Below are positions 10,327 through 19,896 of a DNA stretch of 64,000 nucleotides, in pieces. This DNA comes from Spirochaetia bacterium. Its GTDB lineage: Bacteria; Spirochaetota; Spirochaetia; SZUA-6; Bin103. Below the pieces are notes generated by a model that was given only the letters and a program-made list of their open reading frames with translations, did no database searches and was not told where the DNA came from. Location of the stretch: contig CBDBDQ010000005.1 of NCBI GenBank assembly GCA_965203905.1, forward strand, positions 480,001 through 544,000, written 5' to 3'. Made by a program: the position numbers and the translations under genes. Every line of letters starts with the position of its first letter. Position 1 is the stretch's first letter.

Positions 10327-11472
10327 GTGCTTTGTCGGCCACGTCATCCAGGCCACGGAGTGACCGTGCCGAGTCAGACTGGACTACTCACCGACCGTGA
10401 TTCGCACTTGGTCCGGGCGCTGGACGAGCATGGCGCGGTGGCACTGCGCAATCGCAAGTACCTGGGTTCGAAGGTCCGGCTGCTGGACTTCATCGAGCGC
10501 GAGATCCAGCTTGCCGCCGGCCGCATCGACTCCTTCCTGGATGGATTCGCCGGCACCGGAGTGGTCGCCGACCGCATGCGTGCGCACACCGGCCGCCTCA
10601 CGCTGGTCGACAACCTGGCCAGCAACTACTCGATCAACCGCGCTTTCTTCACCTCCTCGGAGGACAACGTGCGGATCGGCTACGTGTCCGATGCCCTACG
10701 CGACCTGAACCGGCTGAGGCCCTGCGACGGCTACGCTTCGGCGCACTACGCGGGGCGCTACTTCACCGCCGAGAACGCCGGGCTGATCGACGCGATCCGC
10801 GACCAGATCGAGCTCAGGAAGCAGGCCGGCGACTGCAGCGAGCAGGAGGGCCACGTGCTCATCGCCAGCCTGCTGTTCGCCGCGGACAAGGTCGCCAACA
10901 CCGTCGGCCAGTACGACGCCTACCTGAAGAACCTGGGGGCCGGAAGCTACGACGCCAGCGGCCGCCACATGGTCGACTCCAACGTCTACGGCCGCCTGCG
11001 CCTGCGCATGCCGGCGCTCCGTTTCACGGCGGGAGCGACCGTGCTCCAGGCCGACATGAACGCGATCGCCGCCGACCACGACGCGGACGTGGTGTATCTC
11101 GATCCGCCGTACAACGAGCGCCAGTACGTCGACTGCTACCACGTGCTCGAGAACATCGCCGCGTGGCGGAAGCCGGCACTCAGCGGCAAGACCATGAAAT
11201 TCGAACGCAAGTCCCTGAAGAGCGACTACTCACGGCGCAGCACGGCACTTGCCGCCTTCCGGAAGCTGATCGAGCGGATCAGGGCCCGCTTCATCTTCGT
11301 CAGCTACAGCAACGAGGGGATCATCCCGCTGGCCGACCTGAAGGCGGCGCTGGCGTCACGCGGCGCGACGACCATCGCGAGCACCGATTATGCGGTGTTC
11401 GGAAACGGTGCCGGGAAGTCGGTGCGCCGTACCGTAGTCGAGTACCTGGCAATCTGCCGAGTAGACACATAG
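10327..11472 (+). CDS. D12-class N6-adenine DNA methyltransferase, orphan (true start may be GTG ~10360)
   Basis: 'RKYLGSK..LL', 'DGFAGTGVV', 'VYLDPPY', 'SYSNEG'. Confidence 0.88.
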   Translation: MLCRPRHPGHGVTVPSQTGLLTDRDSHLVRALDEHGAVALRNRKYLGSKVRLLDFIEREIQLAAGRIDSFLDGFAGTGVVADRMRAHTGRLTLVDNLASNYSINRAFFTSSEDNVRIGYVSDALRDLNRLRPCDGYASAHYAGRYFTAENAGLIDAIRDQIELRKQAGDCSEQEGHVLIASLLFAADKVANTVGQYDAYLKNLGAGSYDASGRHMVDSNVYGRLRLRMPALRFTAGATVLQADMNAIAADHDADVVYLDPPYNERQYVDCYHVLENIAAWRKPALSGKTMKFERKSLKSDYSRRSTALAAFRKLIERIRARFIFVSYSNEGIIPLADLKAALASRGATTIASTDYAVFGNGAGKSVRRTVVEYLAICRVDT

Positions 11473-11493
11473 CGGCGCACGGCTCCCGCGGAC

Positions 11494-12330
11494 TCAGGTC
11501 GGGAGCTTGGCGTAGGCGGTGACGTGGGGCGGCAGCACGATCAGCCGCCCGGAGGACTCGGCCTCCCGCTGCAGCCGTTCGCTCAGGGTCTCCACGTCGA
11601 CCTCCGCGGCAGTGGCGATGCCGAAGGACTCGAGCAGCGGCAGCAGGCTGGTGAAGGCCTGCTGGAGAAACCCGAAGCCGACCCAGTCCGGTCCTGCCCC
11701 GGCGGGCGCCTCCAGGTGCGCCACCGGCGCCGGCAGGCCCGCCTCCGTGAACACGCGCTGCAGCTTCAGCCCCATGCCGACGTCCGCCCCTGAACGCCGG
11801 AACACCTCCAACCCCCACTCGACGAGCTGGTTGATCAGCGGCGTATCCGGGCTGTGGACCGCCTGGTAAAGGGTCAGCTCGGCCTCCTGAAAGGCGACGA
11901 TGCCGCCGCGACCCAGGTGCGCGACGAACTGCTTCAACGCGGCCCCGGGGTCGGCGATGTACATCAGCACCAGCCGGCCGATGACGGCATCGAAGTCGCG
12001 CGGCAGCTCCAGCTCAAGGGCGTCGCCGGCAAGGAACTCGATGTTTGCGTGCCCGGCCTGCTGCGCCCGCGCGCGTGCGGTTTCGAGGATCTCCGGGTTC
12101 ATGTCGACCCCGACGACGGCGCCCTCCGGTCCGACCAGTTGCGCCGCCGCCATGGCAACGTCGCCGGCACCGCTGCCGATGTCGAGCACCTTCATCCCCG
12201 GCTCCACGCCCGCATTGCGCAACATCCTCAGTGTCACCCTCTCGTAGAGATGCGCCTGCTCGATCAGCCGCTCGGTCTCGCCGGCGCTGCGTCCCATCGT
12301 ATAGGTGGCATCGGCCTTGCTCTCGGTCAC
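11494..12330 (-). CDS. Class I SAM-dependent methyltransferase
   Basis: 'VLDIGSGAGD', 'GVDMNP', 'FDAVIGRLVLMY'; GGAGG RBS. Confidence 0.9.
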   Translation of the reverse strand: MTESKADATYTMGRSAGETERLIEQAHLYERVTLRMLRNAGVEPGMKVLDIGSGAGDVAMAAAQLVGPEGAVVGVDMNPEILETARARAQQAGHANIEFLAGDALELELPRDFDAVIGRLVLMYIADPGAALKQFVAHLGRGGIVAFQEAELTLYQAVHSPDTPLINQLVEWGLEVFRRSGADVGMGLKLQRVFTEAGLPAPVAHLEAPAGAGPDWVGFGFLQQAFTSLLPLLESFGIATAAEVDVETLSERLQREAESSGRLIVLPPHVTAYAKLPT

Positions 12331-12413
12331 GAATCTATTCCTCCTGCAGAGCCTTCAGACTCTGGACGGGGTGTCGTTATCAATATGATCGGATGACGTG
12401 GTACTGTCCCGGA

Positions 12414-13721
12414 ATGGCGGCGAGACCGAATCTGCTGTGGTTGTTCTGCGACCAGCTCCGGTACCACGCCCTGGCGTGCAACGGCGACCGCAACGTACCG
12501 ACCCCCAACCTGGACCGGCTGGCGGGCGAAGGCGTGCGCTGCACGCACGCGGTGAGCCACTACCCGGTGTGCATGCCGTTCCGTGCCGGGCTGGTGACCG
12601 GCCAGTACGCCCACGTGCACGGGCTGCGGGTGCAGGGGGACCTGCTCCCGCCGCGGCGCCGCACCATCGCGCATGCGTTCCGCCAGGCCGGCTACCGCAC
12701 CTCCTGGGTGGGCAAGTGGCACCTCGCCGGCGAGCACCTGGACTTCTGGGTCGATCCCAAGCTGCGCGGCGGCTTCGAGGACTGGTACGGGTTCAACGTG
12801 TCCAACAACTACTACCGCACCTGCTACTGCCACGGCGACGAGGCGGAACCGATCCCCCTTGAGGGCTACCAGACCGACGCCCTGACCGATCTCTCGCTGC
12901 GCTACCTGGACCAGGTCGCGCGCAGCTCGGACCGGCCGTGGTTCCACTGCCTGAGCGTGGAGGCGCCGCACCACGGCATCGGGCGCGACTGCAGGGACGG
13001 CCAGCCGGCCCCGCCCGAGTACGAGGCGCGCTTCGCGCCGGGAGAGGTCGAATTGCGCGGCAACGTGCCGGCGCACCTGGAACAGCAGGCACGGGCCAAG
13101 CTGGCCGGCTACTATGCCATGATCGCCAACCTCGACCACAACGTCGGCCGGGTGCTCGACTGGCTGGAGGAGAGCGGCCGCGCCGAGTCGACGCTGGTGG
13201 CGTTCTTCTCCGACCACGGCGAGCTGGCCGGCAGCCACGGGTTCTTCGGCAAGTACCGCCCCTACGACGAGTCGATCCGCATCCCGCTGCTGCTGCGCCT
13301 GCCGGGGACCCTGGCCGCCGGAACGGTGTACCGGGAGGTGGTCAGCGGCCTCGACCTGTTCGCGACCTGCGCCGGACTGTGCGGCGTGCCGCTGTTCGCC
13401 GCGCAGCAGGGCGTCGACCACGCTCCGGCGCTGCTCGGCGACACCGGCGCGGTGCGCGACGCGGGGCTGGTGCAGTGGCTGGGGCCGTCGCGCACGGCAT
13501 GGGACGACGGCTATCCCTACCGCGCCATCCGCACCCGCCGCCACACCTACTGCGTGGGGCCCGACGAGCCGTTCCGCCTGCTGTTCGACAACGAAGAAGA
13601 CGAACTGCAACTCTGCAACCTGTTCGACAGCCGCTCGGCCGCGGCGCTCCAGGCAACGTTGCACCGGCGCCTGTGCCACGCGGTCACGCAGAGCGGCGAG
13701 CCGCTGCCGGAATGGACATGA
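12414..13721 (+). CDS. Cys-type sulfatase
   Basis: 'PNLLWLFCDQ', CxPxR 'CMPFR', 'GKWHL', 'SDHGE'. Confidence 0.92.
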   Translation: MAARPNLLWLFCDQLRYHALACNGDRNVPTPNLDRLAGEGVRCTHAVSHYPVCMPFRAGLVTGQYAHVHGLRVQGDLLPPRRRTIAHAFRQAGYRTSWVGKWHLAGEHLDFWVDPKLRGGFEDWYGFNVSNNYYRTCYCHGDEAEPIPLEGYQTDALTDLSLRYLDQVARSSDRPWFHCLSVEAPHHGIGRDCRDGQPAPPEYEARFAPGEVELRGNVPAHLEQQARAKLAGYYAMIANLDHNVGRVLDWLEESGRAESTLVAFFSDHGELAGSHGFFGKYRPYDESIRIPLLLRLPGTLAAGTVYREVVSGLDLFATCAGLCGVPLFAAQQGVDHAPALLGDTGAVRDAGLVQWLGPSRTAWDDGYPYRAIRTRRHTYCVGPDEPFRLLFDNEEDELQLCNLFDSRSAAALQATLHRRLCHAVTQSGEPLPEWT

Positions 13722-14683
13722 TCCGCGTCGTCAAGCCCGAGGGATTCGGCAACATCAGGCTGCAGGAGGCTCCGATCCCGGAGATCGGCGAACGCCAGGT
13801 GCTGGTGCGCACCGAGGCGACGCTGATCAGCCGCGGGTCGGAGCTGTTCCGGCGCTACATCAAGGAAGAAGAGGTGCCGCAGCGCATCATGGGCTACTCG
13901 CTGGCGGGCAGCATCGAGCGGGTGGGCTCGGCGGTCACCGAGTATCGGGTCGGGCAGCGAGTATACGTGGCCGCGCCGCACGCCCAGTACGCGGTGGGCG
14001 AGGTCGATTCGACCGAAGGGCGCCTGGTGCCCCTGCCGGTGGGGGTGAGCTGCCAGCACGGGACGCTGCTGCGGCTGGCCATGGAGGCGACCGCCTGGGC
14101 CGCGTCATCGGGCGCCCGGCAGGGCGACACCGTCGTGATCCTCGGCCAGGGCGTGGTGGGCAGCCTGATGCTGCAGATCCTGCGCGGCTACCGGCCGCAA
14201 CGCATCGTGACCGTCGATCCGCTGCCACTGCGCCAGAGGATGTCGCGGGAGCTGGGCGCCGACCTGGTGATCGACCCCGCGCAGGAGGATCCCGTGGCGG
14301 CGGTGCGACGGCTCACCGGGGGCACGGGCGCCGACCTGGTGGTCGACTGCGTCGGCGGCTACGACGGCGTGCGTTCGTTCGAGCAGGCCCAGGACATGGT
14401 GCGGCGGCGGGGAACGATCCAGCTCATCGCCGCCTACCAGCAGCGCCCGCTGCCGCTGCACACGCTCAAGATCATGCACCGGCGGCTGGTGGCCGGCATC
14501 CTGGTGGACGAGCCGCTGTCGCAGATCGCGCTGCGCGCCGCCGCCATGATCGAGCGCGGCCAGATCCAGGCCGAGCGCATGATCACCCACCGCTTCCCCT
14601 ACACCAGGGCCAAGGAAGCGTTCGACTTCCTGTGGCACTCGCCGCAGGACGCGCTCGGCGTCCTCCTGATCTGGCGAGAGTGA
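13718..14683 (+). CDS. MDR-family (zinc-binding-type) dehydrogenase
   Basis: 'ISRGSEL', 'MGYS', Rossmann 'ILGQGVVG'; ATGA overlap with the sulfatase stop. Confidence 0.88.
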   Translation: MIRVVKPEGFGNIRLQEAPIPEIGERQVLVRTEATLISRGSELFRRYIKEEEVPQRIMGYSLAGSIERVGSAVTEYRVGQRVYVAAPHAQYAVGEVDSTEGRLVPLPVGVSCQHGTLLRLAMEATAWAASSGARQGDTVVILGQGVVGSLMLQILRGYRPQRIVTVDPLPLRQRMSRELGADLVIDPAQEDPVAAVRRLTGGTGADLVVDCVGGYDGVRSFEQAQDMVRRRGTIQLIAAYQQRPLPLHTLKIMHRRLVAGILVDEPLSQIALRAAAMIERGQIQAERMITHRFPYTRAKEAFDFLWHSPQDALGVLLIWRE

Positions 14684-15004
14684 GCCCAGCGATCTCGTTC
14701 ATGTCTTCGGTTACGCGTTGCCCAATGAGAACACGACAGGAAACCGGCTCACGCTCAAGGCCTCGAGTCCGTTGTTGATACGAGCGGTGCCACGTTCGCT
14801 TCCGACATATTCGCGTCGCGTCCTGAATCCTTGCCGATCCTCATCAATGCTTACATACATGTACGCAGGCAGGAGGCACAGGACTGTGGCGCACGATATA
14901 ACGAGATCGTATGACGGGCCGGAGACCTATATGTGGAGATCTGCTTTCCTCGATACTGGTGTGACCATCGACAAACACGTGACACGAGTGGAAGGGAGAC
15001 GGAG

Positions 15005-16276
15005 GTGAGGCTCAAATCGGTTCGGATCGAAAACTATCGGGCCATTGGATATCTCGGTTTACAGCTCCATCCCCGCTTGACCGTGTTGCATGGTGACAAC
15101 GCTCACGGGAAAACTAGCGTACTGAGTGCGATTGCCACAGGTCTCGGAGCCATTCCTCGGTTGCTACCTGGTGTATCTGGAGTCGGGCTCCTTAAGGCCG
15201 ATCAACGTGACGGACAAAAAGGTGTGAGGGTCACACTTACCACGACAGATTCAGTGACATGGGAGTGTACAAGAGGGCGGCTCCAAGACCGAAATCGACA
15301 TCGCACGAGGGACTTGAAACAGTGGCTGGAGCGGAACGGCCTTCAAGCCTGGGGCAGTCCCGTAGACCTTCCCATAATGGTATTCTATGATACGGATCGA
15401 GCCGTGCTAGGCCTAGCGACGCTGCGCCGCAAGTCAGCGACTGACACCAATCGGTTCTCTGCACTAGCCGGTGCACTCTCGGCCCGAACCAGCTTCCGCG
15501 AATTCTTCGATTGGTTTTATTCAAAGGAAAATGAGGAGCTCAGAGAGCAGAGAAACCGACGCAATCTCGATTTTAAGCTAAAGGATCTTTCTGCCGTTCG
15601 GCAAGCGATCTCGTCTATGCTCGATGGAGTATCCGAGCCGCACGTAGAACTACGGCCAACGCGCTTTGTGGTTTCCGAACAATCAGATCAAGGGCCTCCA
15701 GTTGTTCGAACCCTTGACCAGTTGAGCGGTGGATGCCGCGCTGTACTCGCGCTAGCTGCGGATCTAGCGTGGCGAATGGCACAAGGTAACCCACATCGAA
15801 AAAATGCGCTCGAGTCGGAGGTGGTCGTCCTAATAGACGAAGTCGAGTTGCATCTCCATCCCGCTTGGCAACAGCGAATTCTGGACGACCTTATGAGGAC
15901 ATTCCCTAACGCGCAGTTCATTGTATCAACGCACAGTCCACAGGTTCTCACCACCGTACATCCGGATCAAGTCGTTGAGTTGCGGCGAGGTGTGGATGAT
16001 ATCGTAGCTTCAGGAACTAACGCACCTACTTATGGAGCAGAGGCAGGAGATGTGCTTTCCTCGGTAATGGGCGTTGACGAGTGTCCAAAAAACACCTTCC
16101 AGGCCACCCTTGAAGAGTACGTCCGTCTCGTCAGCGATGGAGAAGGCGAGTCTCCTGCAGCATTATCTCTTCGGAAATACCTTGAAGAGCTCTCACCCAA
16201 CGATCCCGGACTCGACCGGGCTGACGTGGAGATCAGACGGCACAAGATCCTATCTATGGTCCGTCGATCTAAATGA
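15005..16276 (+). CDS. PtuA-like ABC/AAA ATPase (Septu / retron type I-A effector-like)
   Basis: Walker A 'GDNAHGKT', signature 'LSGG', Walker B 'LIDEVELHLHPAWQ', 'STHSP'; visibly lower GC; GTG start after GGAG. Confidence 0.85.
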   Translation: MRLKSVRIENYRAIGYLGLQLHPRLTVLHGDNAHGKTSVLSAIATGLGAIPRLLPGVSGVGLLKADQRDGQKGVRVTLTTTDSVTWECTRGRLQDRNRHRTRDLKQWLERNGLQAWGSPVDLPIMVFYDTDRAVLGLATLRRKSATDTNRFSALAGALSARTSFREFFDWFYSKENEELREQRNRRNLDFKLKDLSAVRQAISSMLDGVSEPHVELRPTRFVVSEQSDQGPPVVRTLDQLSGGCRAVLALAADLAWRMAQGNPHRKNALESEVVVLIDEVELHLHPAWQQRILDDLMRTFPNAQFIVSTHSPQVLTTVHPDQVVELRRGVDDIVASGTNAPTYGAEAGDVLSSVMGVDECPKNTFQATLEEYVRLVSDGEGESPAALSLRKYLEELSPNDPGLDRADVEIRRHKILSMVRRSK

Positions 16277-16857
16277 AACGTATCCGAATGCTGTACGCAC
16301 CTCCTGGAGGCCTGGAAAGTTACTTGCGTCTTAATCTCGGGACCAAGAATTGGGAGGACTTTCGCAACTTCAGAACAGGCGACGCCTACCGTGAACTCGT
16401 TGAGGCACTCATAGGGGTCCAGCACGGATTCTGTGGATACTGCGGGATTGACTTAACCTGTCTCGACCGACAAGTTGAACACGTAGTCCCTCGAAGCGAT
16501 CGGCATACCGGACATGCACGAACTCTCGACCACACCAATATGATCGCCTGCTGCACTGGTGGCACGTCAAGAAACCTTCGAGAAAATTGGTTTGCAGCGG
16601 AGGACGTGAGCAAGACACTCGACATTCTAGGGCTCAACGTTGAGCGCTTACGGTTGGCTAGGGAGAAACACTGGAACGCCCTATCGGACAGTTGGAGTCA
16701 GCATTTTGACGACGTCGAATTGATGGAAGCGGCGGTCCGCAGCGAGCTTATTCCGGACGAACACGGCAAACTAACACGGTTTTTTTCAACCAATAGGGCA
16801 TACTTTGGCTCGTACGGAGAGGGCGTACTCGCGGAACAACCCCAACTCTGGATTTGA
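16273..16857 (+). CDS. PtuB-like / TIGR02646-like HNH endonuclease, probably internally deleted
   Basis: 'QHGFCGYC..QVEHVVPRS..NMIACC', then almost directly 'TLDILGLN..RLR'; ATGA start overlaps the ATPase stop. Confidence 0.75.
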   Translation: MKRIRMLYAPPGGLESYLRLNLGTKNWEDFRNFRTGDAYRELVEALIGVQHGFCGYCGIDLTCLDRQVEHVVPRSDRHTGHARTLDHTNMIACCTGGTSRNLRENWFAAEDVSKTLDILGLNVERLRLAREKHWNALSDSWSQHFDDVELMEAAVRSELIPDEHGKLTRFFSTNRAYFGSYGEGVLAEQPQLWI

Positions 16858-17032
16858 CCGGGACGCCCGCGCTGTCAATTCGGTCCCACGTCGGTCACCG
16901 CGATGTCATTCCGAACTTAGCTCTACAAAGTTCCGTGCCCTCGCGCCCGGTGCGGTCGCCGCCGCCGAGCCGCTCGAAAGTCGATCGCCGCGATGCGCCG
17001 ACCGTCGGCGCGCATCTGTTCCACTGCCCGAC

Positions 17033-18568
17033 TCAGAGTTCTTCTCCCGGCAGCGGCGGCGTGGCCTCCGGCAGTTTCATGGCGCCGGCGGCCTGGTCCA
17101 GCAGGTGCGCCAGTTGCAGGAGCGTGGTCTCGGCGTAGGGCTTTGCGATGAGCTGCGCCGCGATCGGCAGGCCGGCCGCGGTGTGTCCCGCCGGCACCAC
17201 CACCGAGGGCAGCCCCGCGTGGGACGCCAGGCTGTTGGTGCCGTCGACCCGCGTTTCCCCAACCCGGCTGGCGCCCACCAGGCTGTAGGGCAGCAGCAGC
17301 GCGTCGAGCCGGTGGCGGCCGACCACGTCGATCAGGGCGTCCCGGAGCATCGCCTGCGCCTGCAGCCGCGCCAGGTAGTAGTCGCTCTGCTCCGGAGGCG
17401 GCAGTGAAAGCGCCTCCCGGAATCTTCCCTTGAGCCGATCCACTCCCGCACTTTCGATGAGTTGCTCGACGGTCCGGTACGGAGCGTCCGGCCCGAGCCG
17501 CGCGAAGTAGGCGTTCAGCGCCGGAAGCAACTCGTAGGAGGTGGCCGAGCTCTGCCACGTCTCCAGGGTGCCGACATCCTGCAGATCGATGCCGGTCAGC
17601 ACCGGATCGACCACGATCGCCCCCTCGCCGCGCAGCAGCCCCAGCAGCCGTTCCATGATGCGGATTCCCTCACCGTGGCGCGGCTCGTCGCGCCACATCT
17701 CCCGCAGCACGCCGATCCGAAACGCCCCCAGGCTGGCACCGGCGAGCTGTGACTCGTACGGTTGCCGCGGAAACCACTCCAGCGCCTCGCTGGTGGTCAT
17801 GTCCTCCGGATCCCAGCCGGTGAGGCAGGAGAGCAGCGCGGCCAGGTCGAACGCCGAGCGCGCCATGATGCCGAGGCGGCCGATGGTGGGCGCCATGCAC
17901 ATGCTGCCGGCGCGGCTCACCAGCCCGCGCGACGGAATAAGGCCCAGCACGCCGCTGTCGGCGGCCGGCATCAGCACCGAGCCGCTGGCGTCGGTGCCCA
18001 GGCCCAGGGGCGCGTAGTTCGCCGCCAGCGCCGCCCCCGTGCCGCAACTCGACCCGCCGGGCACGTAGTCCAGGTGGTGCGGGTTGAGGGTCTGGCCGCC
18101 GAGCGTGCTGGCGCTCATCGGCGCCTGCCCGAACCAATCGTTGGCATTGACCTTGGCCAGCATCACGGCGCCCGCATCGTGCAGCCGCCGGATCGCCGCC
18201 GCATCGCGCAGCGGACGGGACCCAGCCAGCAGGGTGAACCCGCCGGTAGTGGGCATGCCGGCGACGTCGATCGTGTCCTTGACCACCACCGGAATGCCGT
18301 GCAGGGGTCCCCGCGGCCCGCCGCGCTCGCGCTCCCGGTCCAGGTCGCGCGCCCGCTGCAACGCCTCCGGGTTGAGGTGGATCACGGCGTTGATCCGCGG
18401 CCCGCGCCGGTCGTACGCCTCGATCCGGTCGAGGCAGACCTGCACCAGCCGCTCCGCCGTCAGCCTCCCCTCCCCGAACGCGCGACCGAGCGCCGGCAAA
18501 GTCGCCTCCGACAGCGCCAACCCGTCAACGGACTTCCGCTCCATCGCCGCAGTGTGGGCCACATTCAT
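17033..18568 (-). CDS. Amidase signature family protein
   Basis: 'LHGIPVVVKD', 'PGGSSCG', 'GTDASGS'. Confidence 0.92.
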   Translation of the reverse strand: MNVAHTAAMERKSVDGLALSEATLPALGRAFGEGRLTAERLVQVCLDRIEAYDRRGPRINAVIHLNPEALQRARDLDRERERGGPRGPLHGIPVVVKDTIDVAGMPTTGGFTLLAGSRPLRDAAAIRRLHDAGAVMLAKVNANDWFGQAPMSASTLGGQTLNPHHLDYVPGGSSCGTGAALAANYAPLGLGTDASGSVLMPAADSGVLGLIPSRGLVSRAGSMCMAPTIGRLGIMARSAFDLAALLSCLTGWDPEDMTTSEALEWFPRQPYESQLAGASLGAFRIGVLREMWRDEPRHGEGIRIMERLLGLLRGEGAIVVDPVLTGIDLQDVGTLETWQSSATSYELLPALNAYFARLGPDAPYRTVEQLIESAGVDRLKGRFREALSLPPPEQSDYYLARLQAQAMLRDALIDVVGRHRLDALLLPYSLVGASRVGETRVDGTNSLASHAGLPSVVVPAGHTAAGLPIAAQLIAKPYAETTLLQLAHLLDQAAGAMKLPEATPPLPGEEL

Positions 18569-18620
18569 GCCCCGGTCTACTCACGATCCTGGTGACCAGG
18601 ATCTCCTCCCGGCGGCGGCC

Positions 18621-19622
18621 TCAGAAGAGCTGCGATTGCGGATAGTCTTCGTAGGTGGGGCAGTTCTCCTCGGCGAAGATGCGGTCGATGGCGGCGCGGT
18701 CTTCGTCGCTCAGGCGCCACTCGGTGGAGGCGACGTTTTCCGCCAGCTCGCGGTCGTTGCGCATGCCCACCAGCGCCACCGACACCGCCGGGTGGCCGAG
18801 TACCCAGGCGATGGCGAGTTGCGCCAGCGACCTACCGTGGCTCGCCGCCAGTTCCGCCAGGCGCCCGGCCACGCGCAACTCGCGCGCGAAGTGGTCGCGC
18901 TGGAACAACGGCAACCCGAACGCGGTGTAGTTGCTGCGCCGCCAGTCACCTTCCTCGAAGGTGTGGTCCGGCTGGAACGCGCCGGTCAGCAGCCCGAAGC
19001 CGAGGGTGCCGTACGCCATGAAGCCGATGTTGTGCTTGAGGCAGTAGGGCAGGATCGCTTTCTGCATGCGCTGGTCGAACAGATGATAGCCCACCTGGTT
19101 GACCGCGACGTCAGTGAACTGCCGGCAGTAATCCATGGTCTCGATATTGAAGTTGGACACGCCGGCGTGGCGGATCTTGCCGTCCTGCTTAAGCTTCTGC
19201 AGCGCGCGCATCGGCTCGTCGAACGGGGTTTCGTAGTCGGGCCAGTGGATCAGCATCAGGTCGATCACGTCGGTGTTCAGGCGGCGCAGGCAGCCCTCGG
19301 TACGCGCGATGATGTGCTCGCAACGCGAGTTGCGGCCGATCACCCGGTACTTCTCGTCGCCGAATCGGAAGCCCGTCTTGGTGACCAGGATCACCTCGCG
19401 GCGGCGGGCGCTAAGCGCCCTGGCGAGCAGCTCTTCCGAGTAGAAGGGGCCGTACACCTCGGCAGTGTCGAACAGGTTGATGCCGCGGTCGATCGCCGAA
19501 TGCACCGCCCGCGTCGCCTCGCCGACATCGATCGAGCCGTACATGGTAGTGCTCATCTCCCAGGTGCCGAAGCCGATGGGGGAAGTCATGAGGTCGGTAT
19601 TGCCGAGTGGCCGTCGTTCCAT
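18621..19622 (-). CDS. Aldo/keto reductase
   Basis: 'FDTAEVYG', 'IDLMLIHWPD', 'GVSNF'. Confidence 0.93.
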   Translation of the reverse strand: MERRPLGNTDLMTSPIGFGTWEMSTTMYGSIDVGEATRAVHSAIDRGINLFDTAEVYGPFYSEELLARALSARRREVILVTKTGFRFGDEKYRVIGRNSRCEHIIARTEGCLRRLNTDVIDLMLIHWPDYETPFDEPMRALQKLKQDGKIRHAGVSNFNIETMDYCRQFTDVAVNQVGYHLFDQRMQKAILPYCLKHNIGFMAYGTLGFGLLTGAFQPDHTFEEGDWRRSNYTAFGLPLFQRDHFARELRVAGRLAELAASHGRSLAQLAIAWVLGHPAVSVALVGMRNDRELAENVASTEWRLSDEDRAAIDRIFAEENCPTYEDYPQSQLF

Positions 19623-19689
19623 GCCCCGATCCTACACCATCCGGGCGCGCGTCAGAGGGGCCGGCCAGGTCCGTCGTCGGTGTTGAGCC

Positions 19690-19822
19690 CGCCGGTGAAC
19701 CCGCCAGCATGAACGGAAAGATGAAGGCGTTCCACGACATGATGATGCCGAGCAGCCCGGCCGCCACGATGGCCGGCATCGCCAACGGGATCAGGATGCT
19801 CCACAGGATGTGCAGGAGAATG
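19690..19822 (-). pseudogene. Remnant of a MalG-type carbohydrate ABC permease
   Basis: Isolated 'ILWSILIPLAMPAIVAAGLLGIIMSWNAFIFPFML'. Confidence 0.65.
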
Positions 19823-19896
19823 ACACTCGCGGCTCGCGGCGTGGTCAGTGGTCGTTGAACTGTGGTACCGTGTGTCCAGTAAGCGGTCCATCAGCC

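Noticed and set aside
13718-14683. Missing catalytic Zn ligands in the dehydrogenase as a sign of decay
   Set aside because: 'S.G(S/T)E' and 'GYS' are normal for a known MDR subfamily.
14718-15008. 96-aa ORF upstream of the ATPase as a retron RT fragment
   Set aside because: No YADD, NAxxH or VTG-context RT motifs.
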